Positions 1 through 13,696 of a stretch of 64,000 nucleotides of DNA are shown here, piece by piece. The stretch comes from Macrostomum lignano (taxonomy: Eukaryota), in NCBI GenBank assembly GCA_002269645.1, contig NIVC01002162.1, forward strand, positions 133,564-197,563. The letters run 5' to 3'. Below the pieces are notes generated by a model that had not been told where the DNA came from, did no database searches, and worked only from the letters and a program-made list of their open reading frames with translations. A program made the position numbers and the translations under genes. How positions within the stretch are numbered: position 1 is the first letter of the stretch; each line of letters opens with the position of its first letter.

Positions 1-926
1 AAAACCGATCAAATAAAGAATTGGAGTCAGACAGAACAATACACAACAAAATACCAAATAAAGTTGACGCCCCACATTGAGCGTTGAAAAATTTATTGAA
101 TAGACGCCAATACACCGCAGTTAACCCATTTTACATTTAAGCCGTAAATTCCACGTAAGAGTGTTATTTTATATAACATTTTAATAATTTATATAGTTTA
201 TTTTATATACAAAAATAACCGACATATAGAGTAGTGTATATGGTACAATTAAATAACCAGATTTCAAACATCTAAAGGCTTGCACCAGAGCGGCAATAAA
301 CTAAAATCTGTAGTTGTGATGGGCAAATTTCACTCGCTTGTCATGATTATATTCAGTTCCTAATCATATATACTACTATAGCATTCAACAGTAGTATAAT
401 ATGGATTTGCTAAACTGATCTTGGTCAAGATAAAAGAATCTGATAATTGTAACGAGACATTTTTTGTATTATGAGAAAAATTATTAATTACAGATTATGC
501 CGTTAACAGGTTTTTTGCAACATAATTTAGAGGGAAAGAAGTTAGCAAAACATATAAATTAATCTTGGCAAACACCATTCAGACAGATGGAAGACAAGGT
601 TAGTGTGGCCAAACTTTTATTCAACATTGCTTAACATCATATAACTTGTGACACCAACCAAAAAGAACTATTGTGAATTGTCGAAATTTAAACTAATAAG
701 CTTTACTTACTACTGACCAATAAAAACAACGGTTGTTACACAAAAAGCGACAACAAGGGCAGAGAGGCAAACACAGTGCTAGTGAGGTGTTATTAAGGCA
801 CAATTATTTTTAATTGACTTAAAAAATACCGAGGAAAATAAAGAATATAATTTGGAACTTTCTATAGACTTTTAAAGCAAAAATTCTACTTGGTCAATTA
901 ACTTTAAATTTAATGGAAAAAAATTC

Positions 927-1000
927 GGCCCCGTGCACGATTCGAACCCGGTACCTTTCACGCAACAGACGGCAACGCTAAGCAACGGCCTAATTTTGCT
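927..1000 (-). mobile_element. tRNA-derived SINE-like head (degenerate)
   Basis: Minus strand reads ...GGTACCGGGTTCGAATCGTGCACGGGGCC with a B-box (GGTTCGAATC); no convincing cloverleaf. Confidence 0.4.
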
Positions 1001-1424
1001 TACAAGTCTAAAAATAGAATCCATATAATGAGTCACAGCCGGCTTCTATAAGCGTACGTTAGCTAACACAGCGGCAAGAACAGTCGAATCAATAAATAGA
1101 TTTCCAAGAAACATATATAATGTTCGGGCAGCTCAAGATATATCTGGAGAGCCCGGCAGCAGGGAAAAAGAAATTGTACAACAAAAACAAGCATTCAATT
1201 TAAATGAAGTACAAGATACTTAAAAATACATTACAGAAGAGACAGAAGTCTGGTTTAGAATATACCCGAAGCCAGAAATTTTGAGCTGCAAAATTACACC
1301 GCAAAAACCATTTACTACTACTGAGAGGCATAGAGAGAGAATCTTGCATTTGGTTGACTAAAATTATTAATAAGACAAAGTAGTAATCAAATATAATTTT
1401 TATCACTTCGGAACATTAGCGCTG

Positions 1425-3367
1425 CAAAATCTCACTGATCTAATAGAGATTGGCGCCAAAAAATCTCACTGATCTAATAGAGATTGACACTACAAAATCT
1501 CATTGATCTAATAGAGATTGGCGCCACAAAATCTCACTGATCTAATAGAGATTGGCACTACAAAATCTCATTGATCTAATAGAGATTGGCGCTACAAAAT
1601 CTCACTGATCTAATAGAGATTGACACTACAAAATCTCATTGATCTAATAGAGATTGACACTACAAAATCTCATTGATCTAATAGAGATTGGCGCTACAAA
1701 ATCTCACTGATCTAATAGAGATTGGCGCCACAAAATCTCACTGATCTAATAGAGATTGGCGCCACAAAATCTCACTGATCTAATAGAGATTGACACTATA
1801 GAATCTCACTGATCTAATAGAGATTAACGCCACAAAATCTCACTGATCTAATAGAGATTGACACTATAGAATCTCACTGATCTAATAGAGATTGGCGCCA
1901 CAAAATCTCACTGATCTAATAGAGATTGGCGCCACAAAATCTCACTGATCTAATAGAGATTGGCGCTATAAAATCTCACGGATCTAAAAGAGATTGGCGC
2001 CACAAAATCTCACTGATCTAATAGAGATTGGCGCTACAAAATCTCACGGATCTAATAGAGATTGGCGCTATAAAATCTCACTGATCTAATAGAGATTGGC
2101 GCTATAAAATCTCACTGATCTAATAGAGATTGGCGCTATAAAATCTCACTGATCTAATAGAGATTGGCGCTACAAAATCTCACTGATCTAATAGAGATTG
2201 GCGCTATAAAATCTCATTGATCTAATAGAGATTGACACTACAAAATCTCATTGATCTAATAGAGATTGGCGCTACAAAATCTCACTGATCTAATAGAGAT
2301 TGGCGCTATAAAATCTCACTGATCTAATAGAGATTGGCGCTACAAAATCTCACTGATCTAATAGAGATTGGCGCCACAAAATCTCACTGATCTAATAGAG
2401 ATTGGCGCTATAAAATCTCACTGATCTAATAGAGATTGGCGCCACAAAATCTCACTGATCTAATAGAGATTGGCGCTACAAAATCTCACGGATCTAATAG
2501 AGATTGGCGCTATAAAATCTCACTGATCTAATAGAGATTGACACTACAAAATCTCATTGATCTAATAGAGATTGACACTACAAAATCTCATTGATCTAAT
2601 AGAGATTGGCGCTACAAAATCTCACTGATCTAATAGAGATTGGCGCCACAAAATCTCACTGATCTAATAGAGATTGGCGCCACAAAATCTCACTGATCTA
2701 ATAGAGATTGACACTATAGAATCTCATTGATCTAATAGAGATTGGCGCTATAAAATCTCACTGATCTAATAGAGATTGGCGCTATAAAATCTCACTGATC
2801 TAATAGAGATTGGCGCTATAAAATCTCACTGATCTAATAGAGATTGGCGCTACAAAATCTCACTGATCTAATAGAGATTGGCGCCACAAAATCTCACTGA
2901 TCTAATAGAGATTGGCGCTATAAAATCTCACTGATCTAATAGAGATTGGCGCCACAAAATCTCACTGATCTAATAGAGATTGGCGCCACAAAATCTCACT
3001 GATCTAATAGAGATTGGCGCTACAAAATCTCACGGATCTAATAGAGATTGGCGCTATAAAATCTCACTGATCTAATAGAGATTGGCGCTACAAAATCTCA
3101 CTGATCTAATAGAGATTGGCGCTATAAAATCTCACTGATCTAATAGAGATTGGCGCCACAAAATCTCACTGATCTAATAGAGATTGACACTATAGAATCT
3201 CACTGATCTAATAGAGATTGGCGCCACAAAATCTCACTGATCTAATAGAGATTGGCGCTATAAAATCTCACTGATCTAATAGAGATTGGCGCTATAAAAT
3301 CTCACTGATCTAATAGAGATTGACACTATAAAATCTCACTGATCTAATAGAAATTGGCGCCACAAAA
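1425..3367. repeat. 34-bp tandem minisatellite, about 57 copies
   Basis: Unit CAAAATCTCACTGATCTAATAGAGATTGGCGCTA, period 34 (1561 to 1595); each unit holds the inverted pair AATCTC/GAGATT. Confidence 0.97.
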
Positions 3368-3437
3368 AACTAACTCAATATAGTTTAGTCGCAAGCATCT
3401 ACAGAAAAAGTGCACATCTTACAATCTAGTCAGTTCG

Positions 3438-6400
3438 CTAGCCGAAAAAGTGTGGCTCAAAAATCTTAGCCAAAGTGACAAACAGTGACGTGATAGATGC
3501 CAAGCAGCCGAAGCCGCAGATAGTGGCATCTTTAATCAGCACTAAGCGCTGCTGGGTGCTAGCCGGCCGATGCCAAACAAGCCGCAGATGAGCGGCGCAG
3601 GGCAGCACAAAAGCCAAGAAGATTGACCCGACAGCGCCAATAAACGAGCTGACGTAAGCGTACAGTTTGCGCAATAGTATAGCCATGGCTAACTGGCACA
3701 TTACAATGCCAAATCTGAGACAGTTTCTCATCCAAGTTGGGGCGCCGTCGGGAGTTGAAGTGGACAGCAGAGCGTGAGCATCATTGGCGGCATTGTTATT
3801 GGGTGAGTCGGAATCCAGCTGAACAGAAGCAGACGCGATCAGGGCTTCTTGCTCTTCGGGAGAGACAGAGTCTGTAGAGTTGGGTTATTTGTGCGTTTGT
3901 TTGGCTTATTTTCCATACAAAAATTGTCTTCACTGTGCTACTTATCACAGGGTTTAAAAGTAGTGCAGTTAGGATTTTTTAAAATTACCGTTAATTTCCG
4001 TGTATTCTACTTGTTTATTAATATCATAACAAGTAGTGCAGTGAAGTCAGGAGTTTTTCAAATTTGTGAATAGCTCATTTTATGCTAAGGAAAATTGAAA
4101 AGAAACTCGACAAAGCTACTAATATCTGTCCTGAAATGAGTAGTGCTTGTTAGATTTTGTCGGAATTTTCCCAGAAACAAGTGTTAACACACAAGTGTGA
4201 CAGGGAAAAAATTGCTTTAGATTTTGGTGTTTGACAATTTGTGTTTCTATTAATAAGCATGGTAGACAGAATGGAATTTACCTCTATAACCTGCCCCAGT
4301 GAGTAAAAATTCCATTGCTTACTGGAGATTATTAAGAATTCGTTTGAATTGGCTCTATACACCTCTGCATAGCTGCACACATGCACACACAGACACGTAC
4401 ATTTGCACGACTCGAAAAATTTATTAAATAGATTGGAAAATATTTCAAGGCTACTACACGCCCACATATTGCCTAGGCCTGGGCCAGGTTGGAAAAATTA
4501 ATTCTGTGCTACCTAATATTGCTGCTTCTATAGTGCAGATACAATCTGATGACACAGATATGTACTTAATAACGATGAACACTGCACAACATGTTATACA
4601 TCCTTAAGTGACAACGCTAATAAATTTTTGTAAACAGTGTTGTATTGTAAACTCAACTTAATAAAAAACCTAGAAATGATTAATCGAATTCAAATTATAT
4701 AAACTCCGCGCTTGACTTAAATTAACTGCTTCAATTTTGTTTAGCTAATTTTTAGCAATCTGCTTATTTGCATTGATCGCTTGCAACAATCAATACTAAT
4801 ATTGAGCAGGAAATTTATGATTCAAAGCGAAGGGTGTTTGCTTTTACGTGCCTTTGCCTAACTACTGACCTGTTTTAGACGTCTGTCTAGATCTACCTGT
4901 CTGTCCAGATCATCTAGCTGTCTAGATCTACCTGTCTGTCCAGATCATCTAGCTGTCTAGATCTACCTGTCTGTCCAGATCATCTAGCCGTCTAGATCTA
5001 CCTGTCTGTCCAGATCATCTAGCTGTCTAGATCTACCTGTCTGTCCAGATCATCTAGCTGTCTAGATCTACCTGTCTGTCCAGATCATCTAGCTGTCTAG
5101 ATCTACCTGTCTGTCCAGATCATCTAGCCGTCTGTCCAGATCATCTAGCCGTCTGTCCAGATCATCTAGCCGTCTGTCCAGATCATCTAGCCGTCTGTCC
5201 AGATCATCTAGCCGTCTGTCCAGATCATCTAGCTGTCTGTCTAGATCATCTAGCCGTCTGTCCAGATCATCTAGCTGTCTGTCCAGATCATCTAGCTGTC
5301 TGTCCAGATCATCTAGCTGTCTGTCTAGATCATCTAGCTGTCTGTCCAGATCATCTAGCTGTCTGTCTAGATCATCTACCTGTCTGTCCAGATCATCTAG
5401 CCGTCTTTCCAGATCATCTAGCCGTCTGTCCAGATCATCTAGCTGTCTGTCTAGATCATCTAGCCGTCTGTCCAGATCATCTAGCTGTCTGTCCAGATCA
5501 TCTAGCTGTCTGTCTTAGATCATCTAGCTGTCTGTCTAGGTCTGTGTCCTAGTGCCTGTCTCAATAATCCCGTCTGTGTGTCCTAGTGCCAGTCTGATTT
5601 TAAAGTGCACATGAAACAGGCTATGCCAGTCAGAAGCTGTTAAAACATCGCAGACATCAAAAAGATCAGCTGCAGATTTTAGTTTAGAGGTTAAAAAAGC
5701 ATTTAATTAGCTAAACTTTCACACAATCACACAAAGAAAAAATATGTAAGAATTGAAGCAAAAATAGAGATGCAAAACTCTGTTCTGTTAGAAGGCCGAT
5801 AGATCCGCTGATAATAACGATGTACTCCAGTTGTGTAGGTAAATAGTATTAGAGAGTTTCAATTAAAAAAGGATTAAAAACAGCCTACATTATTAACTAT
5901 GCATTTGTTATAAAAAGGAAGCATTGACAACCCTTAAAAATTTCTAAAAAGCAACGCTTGGTTCTGCATTCGCATCACCTATTATTAGAAAACTGCGTAC
6001 TGGAAGGAAGTTAATTTTTAAAATTATTAGCTACAGAAGACTGCATTAATAAAAAAAAAGATAAAAAATAGAAGATATATGCACACATATACCGGGCTCA
6101 TCATAATTAACTGAGGAACCATTGACGCTTGCCGAAGTTCGATCTGGTGGGTGTGATATAATTATGCAGCGGCAGAGAATTAATATTCATAAATATATTC
6201 TGACGATAAAAAGGCTATATGAAAAACTACCAAATTAACAGAAATACACCAAAATTTGGACTATTGGTAAAATCCATGACTAATAAAAATAATAGGCATT
6301 AACAAGAAGCCTTCGGCGACATTGTCCCGCAACCAGCGTTGAAGCAATTCAGCACATTCCTTCCTTGCTAATTTTTCTCCCATTTTTTGGTCATTTACTT

Positions 6401-9400
6401 CTACCATTGGTAGAAATAAACTGTTAGGTTGAATTACATCATCGCCCATTAAGACAGTCTTCTCAACACAAGTCTCCACCTGTAGCAACTCACGGCTTGA
6501 GCATCCTCTCCACCTGTAGCAACTCACTTCTCCCACGGCTTGAGCATCCTCTCCACCTGTAGCAACTCACTTCTTCCACTGCTTGAGCATCCCTCTGATT
6601 GAATTAACATGACATCAAAAGTCCACCGTATTTATAATTTGAAAAAGCATCAACCATTTACCAAAAACAGTCAATAGTTGAACACAGAAATAAACTCACA
6701 TCTAGCCAAGAAGAGTTTCTCAGTCATCTGAATAACCGGATAAATCTGCAGTGGGAAAGTGAAGATCACTCCCAGGATGAGTGTAGCATCCAGTATGACA
6801 ACGAACAGAGATTGGGTAGGCAGATTTTGCACCACAATCTGTCTGGTGTCCTGGCCATAACGCAGGTAACCAATAGTGCCAACACCGCCAAGTATAGCTG
6901 TCACAACCACTAGGGAGCCGCGTAGGAACGAGCGAAAATTATGTCGGTTGTCTTCCATGCTGGATTCAATTGGGATTACCTGTTGGGATGTTGAAATTTG
7001 ACATCTTTTAAGTTGGAATCATGGTGCAATTTGACAGGCCAATTGAGCGCCACAACTGAGACTTCAGTGTGATTTTAGCACCACAACTGAGACTTTAGTG
7101 CCAATTAAGCGCCACAACTGATATTTTAGCGCCAATAAGTGCCACAAAAAATGAGATTTTAGCGCCAATTAAGCGCCAGAACTGATATTTTAGCGCCAAT
7201 AAGTGCCACAAAAAATGAGATTTTAGCGCCAATTTAGCGCCACAACTGAGACTTCAGTGTGATTTTAGCACCACAACTGAGACTTTAGCACCAATTAAGC
7301 GCCAGAACTGATATTTTAGCGCCAATAAGTGCCACAAAAATGAGACTTCAGCGCCAATTTAGCGCCACAACTGAGACTTCAGTGTGATTTTAGCACCACA
7401 ACTGAGACTTTAGCACCAATTAAGCGCCAGAACTGATATTTTAGCGCCAATAAGTGCCACAAAAATGAGACTTCAGCGCCAATTTAGCGCCACAACTGAG
7501 ACTTCAGTGTGATTTTAGCACCACAACTGAGACTTTAGCACCAATTAAGCGCCAGAACTGATATTTTAGCGCCAATAAGTGCCACAAAAAAAGAGATTTT
7601 AGCGCCAATTTAGCGCCACAACTGAGACTTTAACGCCAATTTAGCGCCACAACTGAGACTTCAGTGCCAATTTAGCGCCACAACTGAGACTTTAACGCCA
7701 ATTTAGCGCCACAACTGAGACTTCAGTGCCAATTTAGCGCCATAACTGAGACTTCAGCGCCAATTAGCACCACAACAACGGAGAATTTAGCGCAAATTCA
7801 GCGCCACAACTGAGACATTAGCGCTAATTTAGTGTCACAACGGATTTATGTTGTGATTCTTTAATATTTTCTGTTAAACCAAATGGTTTTCTATAGGTCA
7901 CAGTACTCGTATTATGCAGTAAATATTTAATCACACAGCCACTGACTCCGTTAATAAACCTTAAGTAAAGGTCTCCAAGAACTAATTCTCCAGGGCCGTT
8001 CTGGCTCGTGAAACAGATAAAATAAAATTCGACCCCTGCTGAGAAAAGTAGGTTTCAAACTCTCTTACTTACACAAACTTTATAGATAAGATTTAAAGCA
8101 GATCTGACCTCTTTCGAATCTTTCCTCAACAAGCATTTGGTTCACAGACATGGCAAGCATTCACAGTTATAGTAGAACGCTGCACGCTAACACTATATAT
8201 TCTACAACATTACTTTCTGGACTTTCGACTTTACAAACCTCTGTATGTCAAAATGAGAAAAATACTTGAATTTCAACCTACAAGAATGGAAAATATTTTT
8301 TGCCAGGGAGCAGTGTCCTTCCATCACAATCACAATGCACTTCCTTTTTGCCGATGCATGCATGCTAAAAGTGCACATTGTTGATACTGGGGTTTCGATT
8401 TAAAGTACTAAAGCACTAAAGCACTAAAGTATTTAAGTACTAAAGTACTAATTCACTATAGTACAACTGAAGTACTTAAGTACTAAAGTACTAATTCACT
8501 ATAGTACAACTGAAGTACTTAAGTACTAAAGTACTAATTCACTATAGTACAACTGAAGTACTTAAGTACTAAAGTACTAATTCACTAAAGTACTAATGCA
8601 CTAAAGTACTAATGCACTAAAGTACTAATGCACTAAAGTACTAATGCACTAAATGCACTAAAGTATTAATGCACTAAAGTACTAATGCACTAAAGTACTA
8701 ATGCACTTAAGTACTAATGCACTAAAGTACTAATGCACTAAAGTACTACAGTACTTAAGTACTAATGCACTAAAGTACAAGCTATAAAAGAGGATAGAGC
8801 TGTTGCTTACCGTTCCAATCCCTTCGTAGGACACGGCCACCATCCCAATATACACTGGCAGAGTGGCACCTGTAGCCTGTTGAACAGTGTCGCTAACAGA
8901 GAACTGATGCAGCATAACGGCTAGGACAGCTACAACTCCGGCACAGATGCTGATATTAGCTACAACACTAACGCTGCCCATACTGCGAATATTGCGAATC
9001 AAAGCGAAGCCAAGAAACAGAGGCAACGGCGCGCAAACTAGAAGCCATAGAGGCGGCACAGACCAAGTTGGAGTCTCCGTAAATCCGTCCAAATCGCTGT
9101 TTTGCTGCTCCGCCTGAGTGTGATAATCGTAAGCCTGCGGGATTTGTTGGGAGATTGGGAATATCATTTTTGGGGGGTTAGAGTGCAACAGTAACTTATG
9201 CCTTATGCCTGAAGGGTTTTCGTACGAATCACAGGCATGAGGGCCAAGCCTAAGGCACAGAGAGAGTACATGCCTGACGATAAGAAAGTCAAGGAGGGCC
9301 GCTGTACACATTCGGTATGTCAGGAGTCAGCAGAATGGGCAGAATTGCTTCATCGCCGCTTGTGGGACGGGACATAAATGCCCAACACCTGACCGACCCA

Positions 9401-11375
9401 GCTGATTCGGCCGGGTGGCGAGAGGTCTGGCCAAGGTAAGTCGCAAAAATGCTGACCCGAAAAGACTAGTACTAATTAGACGACGAGGCATTTAGCCTCA
9501 GAAATACAGTTATAGTTACTCCAGCCGTTAACCCAAATTACGTTAATTTTGCTTTAGTTTCTTTAATGGGTAAATCGCATTTTTGGTCAAAAAGTAAGTC
9601 GCACGGCTGGGTGAACTTTCGAAGTTGGGCATGTATGTTATGGGACGAGGTCAGACGTAGCCCTCGCCTTTGCCCTCCTAGGAATAAATTTGATTATGAT
9701 TAAAATACCCAGCTGCATTACACAACAAGGACGCCAAAAGACTCTCACCTGAAACGCGACCGTATCGGTGTCATTTCTACCCAAAGACAGCACCTGATGC
9801 AGAGTATTGCCAATAAATATAAAATAATTAATGCAGAAGCCGAATTGAGTAATAAACAGAGACGCATTGACTAGCCACAGGCCGGGCCGACCGTACGTGA
9901 ACTTGGCAATATCCCCTAGCGTGACAATCCGATGCAGAGCGTCCGTCTGTCTGCGCTGATGACTAGCATCGTCTGCTGCTCCGTCTGAACCATTATTACT
10001 CGAATTATTATTATTGTTGTTATTACTATTACTATTATTGGTGTTAGTAGTAGACGGAGAGGCCCCTGGTCCCAATGCATCAGGACAAAAGCCGTCGTTA
10101 TAGTAATACGGACTAGAATTATTATTATTACTGCTACTATTTTGGCCAATAGTGCCATTGCCATCCAGAGACGCCTCAGATCCGGAATCTTCATCATTAA
10201 CTAACGATTCAACCATCAGCTGTTTGCAGGTAACTATCAGGTAGCAGCAGTGATCAGTTAGTACGGCTATGATCATTAGTAGAGCGAAGCCGAGCTGTCA
10301 GAGTTAATAAAGAAGTTGACGGGTTTGTTTGTGTTGCTACTGACTGACAGAACTTTTATCAAGTTCATTGTGTCCTATGAGCCATTGTTACCCCTTGCTA
10401 CCTACCCTGGTTCCTCTATGATGGGTCATTGTTACCTCACCTGGTTCCTCTATGATGGGCCATTGTTACCCTCACCTGGTTCCACTATGATGGGCCATTG
10501 TTACCTCACCTGGTTCCTCTATGATGGGTCATTGTTACCTCACCTGGTTCCACTATGATGGGCCATTGTTACCTAACCTGGTTCCTCTATGATGGGCCAT
10601 TGTTACCTCACCTGGTTCCTCTATGATGGGCCATTGTTACCCTCACCTGGTTCCTCTATGATGGGCCATTGTTACCTCACCTGGTTCCTCTATGATGGGC
10701 CATTGTTACCCTCACCTGGTTCCTCTATGATGGGCCATTGTTACCTCACCTGGTTCCTCTATGATGGGCCATTGTTACCCTCACCTGGTTCCACTATGAT
10801 GGGCCATTGTTACCTCACCTGGTTCCTCTATGATGGGTCATTGTTACCTCACCTGGTTCCTCTATGATGGGCCATTGTTACCTAACCTGGTTCCTCTATG
10901 ATGGGCCATTGTTACCTCACCTGGTTCCTCTATGATGGGCCATTGTTACCTAACCTGGTTCCTCTATGATGGGCCATTGTTACCCTCACCTGGTTCCTCT
11001 ATGATGGGCCATTGTTACCTAACCTGGTTCCTCTATGATGGGCCATTGTTACCCTCACCTGGTTCCTCTATGATGGGCCATTGTTACCCTCACCTGGTTC
11101 CTCTATGATGGGCCATTGTTACCCTCACCTGGTTCCTCTATGATGGGCCATTGTTACCACCTGGGTCCTTTTATTCTATGAGCCATGGTTACTACATTTC
11201 AGTCCTTTTATTAACCATTAATACTAATAACAATAACAAAAAAGTCTTAATAATACTTACAGCAAGACCAGACTGACTAAAGGCAAATGGCATCGACAAA
11301 TAGTTGGAGCCAATAAATGCCTTGAATAAGTTGGCAAAGTCTGATACATGCTGCAGCGCTGAAACCATTGTATCA
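3438..11375 (-). CDS. SLC36A: Proton-coupled amino acid transporter (SLC36/Aa_trans family), 5 coding exons, about 560 aa
   Basis: GT-AG exons, all phase-compatible: 11261-11375 (ATG 11368; ANLFKAFIGSNYLSMPFAFSQSG), 9749-10294 (LTDHCCYLIV...TQFGFCINYFIFIGNTL), 8811-9134 (VSYEGIGT), 6700-6979 (VIPIESSM...GYLRYG...FTFPLQIYP), 3438-3871 (FIGAVGSIFLAFVLPC). Confidence 0.9.
4881..5540. repeat. Intronic minisatellite, 21-bp unit with a 35-bp compound variant
   Basis: GTCTGTCCAGATCATCTAGCY; early units add GTCTAGATCTACCT. Confidence 0.95.
7045..7850. repeat. Intronic minisatellite, about 31-bp monomer with 125-bp higher-order repeat
   Basis: GCCACAACTGAGACTTCAGTGCCAATTTAGC variants; same block recurs at 7237, 7362, 7487. 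Confidence 0.9.
8400..8780. repeat. Intronic AGTACT-rich minisatellite (16-bp and about 43-bp units)
   Basis: TAAAGTACTAATGCAC repeats and TACTAAAGTACTAATTCACTATAGTACAACTGAAGTACTTAAG x3. Confidence 0.9.
9225..9400 (+). mobile_element. SINE family A fragment in SLC36 intron
   Basis: GAGTACATGCCTGACGAT...GGGCCGCTGTACAC...GGAGTCAGCAGAATGGG, shared with copies near 24060, 37745, 51900, 53000 and 55250. Confidence 0.7.
9425..9640 (+). repeat. Dispersed repeat, related copy at 16195-16640
   Basis: Shared blocks GGTAAGTCGCAAAAAT, CTAGTACTAATTAGA, GGCATTTAGCCT, ATGGGTAA..CATTTTTGGTCAA. Confidence 0.55.
10375..11165. repeat. Intronic minisatellite, 34/35-bp unit, about 23 copies
   Basis: TATGATGGGCCATTGTTACC(C)TCACCTGGTTCCTC. 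Confidence 0.96.
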
Positions 11376-12159
11376 CTGTTTTAGGCATGAAATTCCAACT
11401 GGCAGTTTTGTAGTCAAGCATGCAAGAGAATGAAATATATACAAATTATAAAAACGAAGACAAAATAACATTTATCAATTAAGTTAGATAGTTTATACAA
11501 TTATTTATTGTTTATTGTTTCAATTTATTATAGTAAAAGGGCCATTCCATATAATTATGGTCATAACATGACAGACTATTTTTACTTATAAAATGAAATC
11601 TAATAATAGAATATACTAAACCAATATTTTGAATGAAAGATTATTTTGTCAAGAATATGCTTATAAAGTTTCATATAGATATCATCATTAGTATAGATGC
11701 TATTAAACCTTGAATGGCACTTATGGTCGTAACAACAGGGTTTTTGACACATAGAAACTAAAAGGTTCTTAGATTGTATACATTGCCCAAAATTTCTCCT
11801 CATGGCAATGACCCATGGCAATGGCCGGCCATTGCCTAGAATTCCAATTCCAATGCAACCAATTAATTGAAGCCAGTTTTTATTCAGCATCTTGCAAAGC
11901 ATATTTTGCATCAGTCAATTCAAAACGTTTATTTTAAGATGTAAATAATTAAACTGGCACAGGAATTGCAAAATCGACAGTACAAAAAGCACAGTGTCAG
12001 TATATCATGTAAATTTTTGTCGGTGATGAACATCATACTGGTCGAGCAAAGTACTAAAAGTCATTAAATAAATAATATTAAACTAGACTGTCGTTCTTAT
12101 TCTTTCAGTAATTCTACGAGTATAATTTGCTGATTCCTGTAGAAGTAAAGATTGCATGC

Positions 12160-13696
12160 CTAATTAAAGGAACATCCGTGAAAGGTGCAATTGTTGAAGG
12201 CAAACTTCGTACCAACAGAATAGGCAGCTTCAGTGCTAACACTGACCTCCGTTGATACTGCAGTCTCACCGACGATCTCAACAGCATCAGCATGTTCGGG
12301 TGGCCCAGCTTCTTGCTCTAGATCATGACGATTCAACGCCACCTGAACAGACTCACTCGTCTTTTGAAGCGACCGGTCGCGACGCTTGGCTAGGTACCTC
12401 CTAGTCGTTCGCTCGCTCAGCTGTCCAGTAATGCTCATTATATCGCTCATGCTGTGCCCTGCCGCCTCGAGATCGCATATTCGCGTGACCCTGTTTTAGA
12501 GTGCAAATTTATATAGTTGGATTCATGAGTAATTGGTAACATAACATGTATCATAACATAATTAAAGTTACTATCATTAATTTATCAGTCTTACCGAATG
12601 CAATGATTCGTGTAGGTCTTCGCAAGTCCCGCCTTCGTACTCAAGTTTCTCATGAAGCCACTCAGATAATTCTCTCCACGGTTCTGCTTCGAGGAGAAAA
12701 CAGGGCCTCCATCGTTGCGGCTGGCCAAAGGACGAGGAAACAGATTGTTGTCCTTCGTTGTAACTGGAAGCAGCTTGAGGTATTTCTCCACCTTTTCCAC
12801 GTCGTAAATTCTGGCCTGCTTGTTGTCCGGCTGCTTCTTGGCCTTCTCTGGATCTGCTGACTTATTTTTCGAGGGCAACGGAGGCAGACAGTAGTACGGC
12901 TTTCCATCAGAGTCGACGTGCAATTGAAGTGAGCTTCTATCCTTCAAGAACTTGAGGTGCTCCTGGCCTCGCTCGCCAAAGCTGTATATGATGTAGAATA
13001 AGAATTTGTCCTGCTCAACTTCAGCTGTGCTGCCTTGGAAGTAGATCATCAGCTTCCTCATGTCCCCCTCCTCGATTGGCTCAAACTGCTGCGTCCTCCC
13101 ACCACTCTGGTGAAAGTCTCGAACCTTCACACGCAGCATGCTATTTGCAGAAGAAAAGTCTTCTCCATTGATGATGTCAACGGTTAGCTTCTCGATCATC
13201 CGCAAATAGCGCTGCAGTCCAGCCCTGATGCACACCAGCGATGCGGGCGAGTAAGGTTCGCCGTCAATCTTCTTCAGTTTAAAGTAGAAGTAGCGAATGT
13301 ATTGGTTGAGCACCGAATTCGGAATGGTTTGTAAATTGCGCTGAAGATTTTCCTCTGTGAGGAATGTCTTGAACCGCTGTCCATGGCTGATCATATGCTT
13401 CCTGCTGTCTGCTGGTAGGCTGTCAATCTCGGCGATGTCCATGGCGCTGATATCTACGCCGCCTCCCGCAGGAGCGGCAGATGCTCATCGGGCTCGGGCT
13501 CCTTTTGAATGAATTCGAGAAATCTAGCGAACTCGTCGTCCCTTCTGTCATTGTAAGAAGCCTCCGAAACAAAATTCAATTTGTCCTTAGTCACGTTGCC
13601 CAGCTCACTGCAGGGCAAATGCTTCCAATTAATGAGCGGTGCCTCCATCTCTGCAGCCGTCCGCTTTTCTCTATCTGAGATTTGACCTCTAGACAC
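12160..13696 (-). mobile_element. Crypton-type (DUF3504-related) tyrosine recombinase gene with one intron
   Basis: YSPASLVCIRAGLQRYL, FGERGQE (catalytic R), NHCIR (HxxR), GT-AG intron 12491-12594, then ITGQ-x8-Y; upstream ORF 13454-13696 joins by a 1-nt frameshift near 13485; element ends not identified. Confidence 0.85.

Noticed and set aside
1425-3367. CRISPR-like array (palindromic 34-bp repeats)
   Set aside because: Units are contiguous with no unique spacers, no cas genes, eukaryotic context; same applies to the other arrays.
6261-6536. Extra SLC36 exon
   Set aside because: Exons 6700-6979 and 3438-3871 already join in phase; this ORF is a short tandem repeat plus a SINE A fragment and lacks a canonical donor.
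10316-10867. Repetitive ORFs here and at 21862-22415, 26631-26816, 29754-30224, 50725-51108
   Set aside because: Translations of stop-free tandem repeats lying in introns.
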